50,134 nucleotides of DNA from Octopus bimaculoides. Its lineage: Eukaryota. The translations under genes were made by a program, and so were the position numbers. Shown here in pieces: positions 1 through 11,732 of the stretch (position 1 is the first letter of the stretch; the number at the start of each line of letters is the position of its first letter). The stretch is taken from positions 144,233,669 to 144,283,802 of the forward strand of contig NC_068984.1 in the NCBI RefSeq assembly GCF_001194135.2, given 5' to 3'. The notes beneath the pieces are model-generated. The model ran no database searches. It was not told the DNA's origin and saw only the letters and a list, made by a program, of their open reading frames with translations.

Positions 1-480
1 TGGCCCCAGAGCTATGCCGACTACGAGGAAATGTAGCCGACTGTTCAGTGGGCATAGAACTTCTCTTGAAGAGCTGCTGTAGACTTGACTCTTCTCTGCT
101 GATGTCACCACCATATTGATCAGTAGGATCCAATATCATTGGTTCTTCCAGTATCCGAGACGTCTGCTTCCCATGCGAGCCACCACGACACGGTGAACTC
201 ATTTTCATATTATGTTGGTCACCTCTCTCGGCCTCTTTGCTGTGGTTGAAGTTTTTCTCTTTGGCTGGTTTCAGCCGAGCGGGTAACAGAGGGTCTGAAG
301 ATGGTCCCTGAGAGGCAACCCAGTTATCTACATCAGGCTTTGGATTGTAAGCCATGTTACCGATGCCATCAACGTTTGAGTATGCCAGCAGAGCAGGAGA
401 ACCATCCAACTGGTCATGCCAGGAGGGGTGTGTTCTCACTTTAGAAGCTCTGCCAGGAACTGTGTAATGTGGTTCTTCAA
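1..480 (-). CDS. CAMSAP: CAMSAP large internal exon, truncated by the window edge: EEPHYTVPGRASKVRTHPSW...FPRSRHSSGA
   Basis: Acceptor ttttattttctgttccag; about 160 stop-free codons in the phase predicted by the previous exon; higher GC than flanks; S/P/E-rich disordered composition. Confidence 0.9.
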
Positions 481-3400
481 CTGGAACAGAAAATAAAATT
501 GGTATTAGAATCGAAAGAGCAATTTGGACATTTTTGTAATCGTTTCTTTTAAACTAATTTCCAATAATTTACTGCCAAAACATTCAACAATCTCCAAAAT
601 CTTATCCAAGTATTTGGGTCATTTTCTGTTGAACCCGTTAGCATTCAGATTATTCTGTCAAATGTAATTAGCTTAATTATTCACATTGCTTTTAATTAAT
701 TTGCATTATCTTGTAGCTTCATGATTTTGATGCTGTGATTGTATATTTCTAGAATGACATTGTAGGGGTAGGTGTGGGGGTGAGAGCTAGAACTGGCCAG
801 TGTCAACCTAAAACAGGTAGAATATTTAGACCTGATATGACTAGTTTAAATGTAAAAAAGTTAAAGCAGTGGTTTTACAAAACGAGTTGGAGAAAGAAAG
901 GAGGAATGGGTTAAAACAGAAAAAAGGGCTGACAAAAGTGACAAAAGATGACAGATTCTGTTGTATTGTATATTTGGTCTACCCTTCAAAGTCAAGCCCT
1001 ATTAAACAGTCCAACAACAACAACTACAGTATCAACACTTAGTGCTATATAACCGTCAAAGTTTGTATCATTTGAACAAGTTTAACGTTTGTTAAATTAA
1101 TTACATTTTAAAAAGGAAAATACAATTATTTTATTACAAAACTATAACTTGTTCATTTTATGTTTCCTGTGATTGATGTTATTTTACAAATCCGTATCTT
1201 AAATACCCTTTCATAAACTAAAGGGGCTCTAGATGTGAGTTTGTGGGCCTAAGATGCTGCAATCTATAAGTGTTCAGAAACCACAGGATTAAAATCAAAT
1301 TTTTTTTTTTTTTTACACATATATCGCAATAATTTGATAATGTTCAGAAACTGAAATTTCTTTACATTTCTTAAAGAGATTTTTGGAAAATTATTTTGTA
1401 TCTTGTAAGGGAAAATAAGTCTTTGTTTCAACAAAGTATAGCTGCGAAGACCTGTTGGGGCAAGTAAAATCAAAATCGAAATTGAACCAAATTCAATGAC
1501 TGGCTCCCGTGCCAGTGGAGCGCTAACAGCATCATCCGAGCATGATCATTGCCAGAGCAGCTGTCTGGCTCCTGTGCCGGTGGCACATAAATAGCACCAT
1601 TTGAGTGTGATCGTTACCAGCACTTGTGCCAGTGGCACGTGAAAAAACATTCGAGCAAGGTCGTTGCCAGTGCCGCTGGACTAGCTGCTGTGCAGGTGGC
1701 ACATAAAAAACACCATTTGAACGTGACCGTTGCCAGTACTGCTTGACTGGCCTTCGTGCCGGTGGCACATAAAAGTACCCACTACATTCTTAGAGTGGTT
1801 GGCATTAGGAAGGGCATCCAGCCGTAGAAACTCTGCCAGATCAGGTTGGAGCCTGGTGCAGCCATCTGGTTCGCCAGTCCTCAGTCAAATCGTCCAACCC
1901 ATGCCAGCATGGAAAGCAGAGATTAAACAATGATGATGATCATGATGATGAAAGAAACGTTTGAAAATATTTATATATTCTTACCATCTTTTTGTGAATA
2001 CCGTTTTGATAACAATGGTTCTCGAGTTGGAGGAGCAGAACTACAAAAGAGGAGAGATAATATTAATATTTTTCCACAAATCTTTTATATCAAGATTCTA
2101 AACACAGACAAGAGAGGGCCTATAGTCAAGGGCCCATATTGGACTGGGACAGTTTTTATCAAAAGCAAATGTATGAAAGACAAAAATCATCCTTGAGAAG
2201 TTCTGAACTCAGAACCAACTAAAGAATGGTGCTACTTATATCAGTTCTGCTAGTCTCAATTCTACCAGTACATGTGCAAGCATCGCGTGGTCGTTGCCAG
2301 TGCCACTGGACTGGCTCCTGAGCAGGTAGCATGTAAAAAACACCTTTCAAGCGTGGTCGTTGCCAGTACCGCCTGACTGGCTCTCGTGCCGGTGGCACGT
2401 AAAAGCACCCACTACACTCTCAGGAGTGGTTGGCGTTAGGAAAGGCATCCAGCTGTAGAAAACCATGCCAGATCAGATTGGAGCCTGGTGCAGCCTTCTG
2501 GCTCACCAGTCTTCAGTCAAACCGTCCAACCCATGCCAGCATGGAAAGCGGACATTAAATGATGATGATGATGACACTCTTTACACCAATTTAGACCACA
2601 TAATTCTGTAGCAAATATTGGAAAGGAAATAAAAGTTTCTTCTTTCTTTACTGCCCACAAGGGGCTACACACAGAGGGGACAAACAAGGACAGACAAACG
2701 GATTAAGTTGATTATATTGACTCCAGTGCGTAACTGGTACTTATTTAATCGACCCCGAAAGGATGAAAGGCGAAGTCGACCTCGGCAGAATTTGAACTCA
2801 GAACATAGCGGCAGACAAAATACTGCTAAGCATTTCGCCCAACGTGCTAACGTTTCTTCCAGGAAATAAAAGTTTCATTATGCATTTCAAAATATTAACT
2901 TGGGCATAGAAATATAACGAGTTTATTGCACATAAACATTAACATCAAAATCTTACATATGACCCCTAAGGCTCATATGGACCCAGGTTCAGAACAGATT
3001 GAGACAGTATTATAATAATTCAAAGTTAACAATGGTATACTTACATTGAGTTGGAAGTATCTTGGGAGATAGAACTAATGTCGTAAGTTTGAAAACTCTT
3101 CTTGGTAACATTACTAATTGGTACATTAGCTATAGACTGCTGATTATATCTTCTCTCATTAGAAACACCATCTAAAATGAAAACAGAAAGCTCGTTAAGC
3201 TGTTGTACATGAAGAGGCATTGTGTTGGAACCTTTTCTTCCATTCAGTATCTCACAAAGACAGAACTCTTGCAACAGGTATTTCAAAATATTCCAATACA
3301 CATCATGCCCAATGCAGAGTGGGATCAAATCTTGAATGAAGAGATTTTGAAGGGAATTTCTTAATCACAAAATAAAACTAAATAATGATGATGATGAGAT

Positions 3401-6400
3401 GGTGATGATGATGATGATGATAAAAAACTAGTATTTCTACATTCTGCCCCAGTGTGAAGAACTACAATGTCCACTGATGTAATTTGATCTCAGTACTGCA
3501 CAGTGATTAGTAGAGTTGACAGAAGAGTCTGAGGAGTTCAGTTACAATCAAGAGTGAAGTACTTAGCATTACGGGGCCCCTGCGTTTTGCTCGAGGACAA
3601 GGAAGAGAGTGTGGCTGTCATCACTTGGGTTGTGAACAAGTGAATATGAAACGTAAAGTATTTCGTTTGAACTCTACTATTGCTTATATTTTCTATGATG
3701 TAAACAACTTATTTAGGCATAAGGCCAAAACTTCCCAAGGGAGGGGCACAGTCAATTGAATTGATTCCAAATATATGACTGCTGCTTATTTTATCAAACC
3801 CAGAGGAATGAGGGCAAAAGTTGATTCTAGCAAGATATGACATAAAAATCAGACAAGACTAAAGAAAAACAAAAAAATAAACAAAAAAAATCTCTTCAGC
3901 TTTCTACAGAGTTTGCCTTCCACTCACAAATGAAAGAAAAAATATAAATACACTTACTTTTATTTTCTGTTTGTAGATTTGTTGAAGTACTGGATGAAGG
4001 ATTTTCAAATTTATTAAATAATTCAGCTAAATAGACATATACGTTAAGGGTGATAAATTCATTGCAGTACAGGAGGTCTTCATAGGTAAAATGAAAGCAT
4101 TTCGGTGTAGACATGCAACGGTCACAGAAGTTCTTTATCAACCGCAAATTGAAAAGGCAATCAGCAATACTTGGGGATTTCTTTATTACAATATCTGCAA
4201 AATAAATTAAAACTAAATGTATTAGCCAATACAAAACGGTAACACACAGTATATAGGCAGTGGGGCAGGGCTGTACGAATTGGATTGTCTATGTTCAGTC
4301 TACTACAGGATGAAGTGGACTCAGTATGTTTTTTGATGCAGAGGTTGAGAATTTGAGCTTGAGATCATACTGGCTCGACATGGATTGGCAGAGGGATAGG
4401 TAAGTCTACTACAATCGACCCCGGGGCTCAACTGGTCTTTATTTTATTGTACCCCAAAAGGATGAAAGGCAAAGTCAGCCTTGGCAGGATTTGAGCTTAG
4501 AGCATGAGGACAAAGTCAGCCTTGGCAGGATTTGAGCTCAGAGCATAGGGACAGACAAAGTCAGCCTTGGCAGGATTTGAGCTCAGAGCATAGGGACAGA
4601 CAAAGTCAGCCTTGGCAGGATTTGAGCTCAGAGCATAAGGATAATTGTAAGGATTATCACAGCAATGATCCTATAATATGATGGAGAAATGATTAAGTCA
4701 AAATCAACAGTTCTGAAGGATAAAGCAACTATTAAACACTTCTGAAAGAGGTGACAAAAGCATCAACATTTTTACGGAGTCTTTCAAGTGCTAACAAAGA
4801 AAAGAGATGAGAAAAGAGAGAAGTGACTAACATCACAAATGGACGTGAAACACATTTGCCTTACCTTGTAATCTTAAGCTATCTGAGCGGTAGAAGCTTA
4901 TTAACACAGCCAGACTACATCCATCTCCAATATTACTCAATCCATTTAACACTGGTATCGTAGGATCACACTGCAAAGAAAATAATTCTCATGAAAGTTG
5001 GATCATTTTATACCATTCTCTCTCAAATTCAAACTGTACCAAACTGGAATCTATAAATGTAAATTTTAACGTAATTTTTTTAAATTAAAACAATATAATG
5101 TAATTAATACTAATAGAAAGTAATCTTTTAAATAGTCATTTACTCATTATAATGTGCATCACTGATAGGCCAGTGTATATACATTAAGTATGATACATAA
5201 ATTGCTATTTTAATTTAAAACTGCCTCAATTGTGTACAGTGAGTGGCTTGAATAGTTTGTAAGTTTAAGTGGACAAGAATAAAGTCTATTTTCTCTATTT
5301 ACATTTATCTTGCTGGTCAGTCATTAAATGGCCACCAGACCATGTGGCCATGACCACTAACTTCTCCTGTGAAGTATTTAGCCAATACATCTACTGACTT
5401 ACGCTTTTTGGAGACAATGACCTTTGACCACTGCCCACCTTTCTTTGCAGTGTAACGAGATAACAATGAGTTATCTTCCCTTTACCCAACAATTCACATT
5501 TCCCCAGTTTCGAAAGGAACTTTGGGGTTACCATTCAAACAACCCTTTCAGCTGTTCCTGAGTTTTGTCAAATCCTACAGTTTAACAAATTAATACAAAT
5601 TAAGCCAAGTTTCTTGCATCTTAATTTAGACAAAGAGCCAACCAGTAATTCCTCTTTATGTCATCAACAAAGCTGATGACAACATAGAGACTATTTAGGT
5701 TAATAAACAATCCATCACACAAGTTAAAACCACTTGCTTGCCCTTGAATTTCTTTAACAGGGGCCACTTTGCTGCAAATAATTGGAAGACATGACCTCTG
5801 GTCTGAAAATAACAAAATTATTAGAGTACTAACTATGGAAGACCAGTGGGATTATCATTCGTATGGACTTAAAGATTGGTCGCTATTTAGTATATGATTT
5901 AGTTATTGTAGATTTACTATTAATACCGATACAGATGTACATAGATTTATGTACATTATTTACATTTGACGGATGCATTACATAGATTGACCAGCTCATC
6001 AGGTGAATTTAAACCTAGTCAACCTCAATTTGGCAGGTATTCCAATTAACCAGAAAGCCAGCCAGTTGAGGAACGATGTAATCTATTATGATTACGTTAA
6101 ATAAAAGTTCCTAGTGAAACAATTGTTGCACACTCCATTCATTTGTTTTTAGTTTATATATTACACACACACACACAATAAATTCAGTAGAGAATCCAAA
6201 AATAGGTAAATATATATAAATGAAGAGAGCCACTTACAAACTTCTGACCACCGAGGGCATCGTGGTGACTCTGGCTTTCCTTATGTAATAACTGTTGGAC
6301 ATAAAGGCAGACTTGATTCACCCATAATAATAATGCATCTTCTACAGTACTCAATATGTGTTGGGAGACATCAAGGTTAGTAAAGCAACTGAAATAGGAA

Positions 6401-6755
6401 AACATGTTAACAGCTCAGTGTGGTGGTCATCAAATATGGTCAGTCACATATTATAGTTTTACATTCCAAACAACAGTAATATTGGTAAATTCCTCCAAAC
6501 TTTTTATTCTTTTCAAAATGAAAATAATGTCAATACATCGGCAGTGTACGTGATTGGAAATATGGTAATGGAAAGTCTATTTAGTCCCTACAAGTTCTCA
6601 ACGTATAGAAGGAAGAAAACTTACCAAAGGCTGTGTACAATATGATCTATAGACACCAAAGTATTAATGTAGGCTTTCATTAAGACATCCAGGAAACTTA
6701 AGTGGGCTTTCTACAAATATAAAATTTTAAAAAATACATCAATAAATGAAAATGT

Positions 6756-6836
<81 letters not shown>

Positions 6837-9800
6837 GACAGACAGAGTAGATATTGGTATTAAATTCCATTTTTAATAAAATCATCCATTGTCATCAATG
6901 ATGACCAAGGACATCACATGGGATGATAGAGGGCAGGGTGTGTCCAGCTGAGGCCAATCAGTCCAATGTTTGCTCAGAAGGCTCTGCCGCAGGTCAGGCA
7001 CCAGTGGTCTGTTGGGACTCAAGACAAGGTGTTGGCTCCAGACTTGCGCAGTTTGCATTTTCTTTGTGCCCCTGCAATCCCTTTTTGTTCGTGGAGGGCA
7101 GCACCTCTGTTGGTGAGGCTTTGCCAAACAGGGCAACACATAATCATCACCATTTTAATGTCCACTTCTTCCTGGCTAGCATGAACTGGAGAGACTTTTA
7201 GAGCATTATACAACTGGATACTCTTCCTGCCTCCAACCCTAGTTTATCAAGAAAGGTATTTCTTATTGCTCTGGTTTTCATATATTAAAGTCAACAAACC
7301 CACTGGGATAGGTAATGCTGTGCATAGTTAAACCCGTAGCAAATTACCACTGATAGAGTCACAACTGTTTGACCTACCCATTCTAGTGTCACATAAAAAG
7401 CACTGGTGCTGCTGGTGCCATGTAAAAAGCACCCAGTCCACTCTGTAAAGTGGTTGGTGTTAGGAAAGGCATTCAGCCATAGAAACTATACCAAAACAGA
7501 TGACTGTTGGTGCAGCCCTCCAGCTTACCAGCTCCAGTCAAACATATCAGATTGGAGCCTACTGCAGCCTTCCGGCTTCCCAGTCCTCAGTCAAACCATC
7601 CAACCCACGCCAGCATGGAAAGCAGACGTTAAACGACAACATTGATGATGAAATTATTATTGCATGGAGAAGACTGTGAAATGGTCATAAACCAAGGATA
7701 ACAAGTGGTTCAATAAATTTATTCACCTCTCAGACCTCTTGACTTTTTATGGTCCATATTGTGTGTGTGTGTGTGTGTGTATTGTCACAAGGGTGTGGGT
7801 GTTCCATATTACCCACCAGTATCTCATATCTTTCATTCTTATAACCTACGTGATGAGTTGCTGCGTATAAATGATGAACAACACATGTGAACAATTTTAC
7901 AGAAACTTTATTCCATTCACCACACAGAATATTCTCTATGTTGGTCTTGAATTCAAAATACAACTGGAATTTTCCTTCCAGTATAAATACTGGAAGGAAA
8001 ATTCTGTAGTTATTAGAAAATAATTGGTTAAGTAGGCTCTGTGAATACACTGTCATAACAGGAGACAACATCTCACTAGATTCATGATTGCAGAACTGTA
8101 ACTGCTGTCCACCACTCTAAGAAGTCATTAGAATGACTCCAATGCAACAAAATGAGAATGCAGGTCACATGGTGGCAATTCGCCAAAAACTTTTGGCGCC
8201 TAAAGCATGCCTATTTATGAGCCTCATTAGGAGATGTTCTAGAACAGTGCTTCCCAAACTATCTGATGTGGTGTATGGATAATTTTTTTTTTTCTAATGT
8301 GCCAGGGACCAGTAAAAATTTCTTTGTGATATTAATTTATACCAGAAACAATATATATAACGAATATAATAAAAGTTGACAATTTTTTTTTTAATCTTAT
8401 ATTTATCTTGTAAACAAATAATACATCATCATCATCATCATCGTCGTTTAACGTCCGCTTTCCATGCTAGCATGGGTTGGACGGATTGACTGAGGACTGG
8501 CAAGCCAGGAGGCCGCACCAGGCTCCAATCTAATCTGGCAAAGTTTCTACAGCTGAATGCCCTTCCTAACACCAACCACCCCAAGAGTGCAGCAGATGCT
8601 TTTTACGTGCCACCGACACAGAAGCCAGTCAGGCGGCACTGGCATCAGCCATGTTCAGATGGTGCTTTTTATGTGCCACCAGCACAGGAGCCAGCTGGGG
8701 CAGGGGTGCTGACATTGAGCATGTTCGGATGGTGCTTTTTATGTACCACCGACATGGGGAGCCAGTCAGGCGGCACTGGCAACGACCCACGCATGATTGG
8801 TGCTTATTGCATGCCACCAGCACAGGAGCCAGTCAGGCAGTAGTGGTATCAGCCATCTTAAATAAATGTTACTCAGATCACAAGCAGACAAAAGCGCTAA
8901 GAACTGGTGACAACGTTAACAGTGAATTAACAGCAGGCAGCCAGTTGGCAAAATCATTAGCATGCTGGGGAAAATGCTAAGCAATATATTGTCCATCTTT
9001 ATGTTCTGAGTTCAAATTCCACCAAGGCTGACTCTGCTTTTTATCCTTTCAAAGTCAATAAAATAAATCTCATTCGAACTCTGGGATCGACTTAACCCCT
9101 TCTCTGAAATTGTTGGCCTTGTGCCAAAATTTGAAATCAATGTGAACGGTGAGTCAACAGGCACTAAATACATTTACTAAACATGCCAAAAGAGTTGCAA
9201 AGGTAACTTACCACTTTAAAGGGAGAAGTTTGTAATAAAACCGATTCTGTTATAGCCTGACCCTCATAATCACTGATGTAAAATCCCTTCCGAGACAGGG
9301 CCTGAAGTATACTGGAAAAACCTGGAAAGTAGAATAATTTTTCAGAGATTTAGAATAAGAAAAAACACTGTAAAATGATTGGTTATGGAAATGTTCAGAG
9401 CAATACAACAAAGTTGGATGAATTTTGTTAATTTATTTGAAATCTGAGGAAAACAGATTCATGTTAGGAATGATGGTAGTTCTTGGAAAAAAGGTGAAAG
9501 AACGGTTCTCACTGTATTTCTGAGTGTTGCACTGCATGTTAGAAGGGTCAGCAGCTAGACAGAAGGATATCTAGAATAGATTTGTTGGTCACAGTCATTC
9601 ACCTGATGACCTGCAAACGAAAGGTCTGTTCTGCTCAATCAGAGATGATCCATGGCTAGACAGCAAAAACAGTGGAGAAATAAGATTGGAAAGAGACACG
9701 AAAAGAAATCAACTCCAGCCTGGGTCACACATTAATTCATTGTGACCAAATGAATTAATAACCATTCATTGCATTTAATCAAACATTTTATTTGTTAGTT

Positions 9801-9873
9801 TTCCCACAACCTGAAGGAATGCATTGGTCAGCAAACCAAGCAGCCAAGGAGTGAGTCACCATCTTTGGATAAC

Positions 9874-9922
<49 letters not shown>

Positions 9923-11214
9923 ATGCACGTGCATGTGCATATGCATGTGTTATTTCACATCTATTTCCCCATGCTAGCTCCAGATTGCACAAGTCTTCTT
10001 CAGCAAGTCTCGCCACTCGTTGGAATGGCCTTTGATCTAGATGGAAAGCTTATCCTCTTGAGATCAGCCTCCACCATTTCTTCCCAAATCTTCATCAACT
10101 GCACCTTTCTTCCACTTCTTTACCCAACTATCAACTTCCAGACCGATACATACCAGCCCCCCCCCTTTGCACACCACATCCACTGCCGGCACTTTTTTCG
10201 TCCCCTTCAGTTCAATTGTGCTCCATCCCTCATACATACTAACATTGCATATCCAAGGGCAGGCTTGGCTTCAGGCTCACTCTCACAGCATGTCTTCCAC
10301 AATAACCCCTGCTCAACTAAAGCCTTGTGAGTGAATTTAGTAGATGGAAACTGAAAGAAGCCCATCGCATGCGATGTGTGTGTGTGTTATTATCTCTTTG
10401 CTTTGGCTTCATGTGATGGCCGTAAATGAGTGCCACCAGCATTCAAGCAGTATCCTTCATTTCCAATCTTTCAAAGAAAGATATCTTGTCATGAAGGAAT
10501 ATTACCTTACAGGCAGGGGTTGGTGACAGGAAAGGCATCCAGCTATACAAGAAAATAACCAATTAAACTAGTGTTGTCAAAAGTAGCTTCTTGTTTGTTC
10601 TGCCCAAATTACACAAACAATCCCTTATCACTGTTGCTATCTACAGAGAACCTGAATTGGTGCACAGGAAACCAGTAAACAATGACACTGATATTGCTTG
10701 CAAAATACAGGATATGACATCGGCAAACACTGTTTTGATAGCAGACACACCTGTAGACTTGTGAGAGGTCTAGCCAGAAGGCACACACACACATACATTA
10801 TTCAGTGTTAAAGCTTTACAGGCCACCCCTTGCAGACCAATTAGAAGATTTAGTTAATGAAATAGGGACCTGGGTTGTGACATAAAAGGAAATAGCATGA
10901 TTAACTGGCATGGCCAACTTGAATAATTAACCCATTTTCATGGTCAAACTTGGTGGTGGTGAGGTCTTAGACTTCTTATGTCGTCCTTATTACATTTACA
11001 TATTTGACAAGAAGTCTTCGCACTATTTCTGCTGTTGTCATAGCTCTGACTACCACCACCAACTTTAGTCTCTCCCTCCCTGACCTTCTCCTCGGAATTT
11101 ACAAAGCACAACCTCTTGACACTCCAAACCCCCAACTATATAAACAGTCACACAAACCCCAAAAAACATTTACATGCAACAGCCTTCCCTCGTACCTTGC
11201 CCCCACTCTGCAAT

Positions 11215-11271
<57 letters not shown>

Positions 11272-11696
11272 NNNNNNNNNNNNNNNNNNNNNNNNNNNNN
11301 NNNNNNNNNNNNNNNNNNNNNNNNNNNNNNNNNNNNNNNNNNNNNNNNNNNNNNNNNNNNNNNNNNNNNNNNNNNNNNNNNNNNNNNNNNNNNNNNNNNN
11401 NNNNNNNNNNNNNNNNNNNNNNNNNNNNNNNNNNNNNNNNNNNNNNNNNNNNNNNNNNNNNNNNNNNNNNNNNNNNNNNNNNNNNNNNNNNNNNNNNNNN
11501 NNNNNNNGGCAACACCTTGAAGAATTTTTTTTAGTCAAACAGATCGACCCCTGTACTGATTTTCTTTTTGTTTATTTTTTAAAGCCATTTTTTAAGTACT
11601 TATTCTGTCAGGCTCTTTTGTCAAACTGCCAAGTTACAGGGATGTAAACACACCAACACCATTTGTCAAGTGGTGGTGGGGAATAAACACAGACAT

Positions 11697-11732
<36 letters not shown>

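Noticed and set aside
1490-1790. Regularly spaced ~60-66 bp repeats resembling a CRISPR array
   Set aside because: Eukaryotic retroposon VNTR: the units are degenerate copies with no unique spacers and there are no cas genes
9603-9610. 8-nt microexon candidate (tttgcag|gtcatcag|gtgaat) that could replace the 9212-9321 exon in frame
   Set aside because: Context looks repeat-derived, it would delete a conserved CAMSAP segment, and such short AG...GT pairs are expected by chance
9824-11647. ORFs rich in CV/HT repeats or X, here and at 17425-17813, 24143-24670 and 42810-43253
   Set aside because: Translations of dinucleotide microsatellites and N gaps
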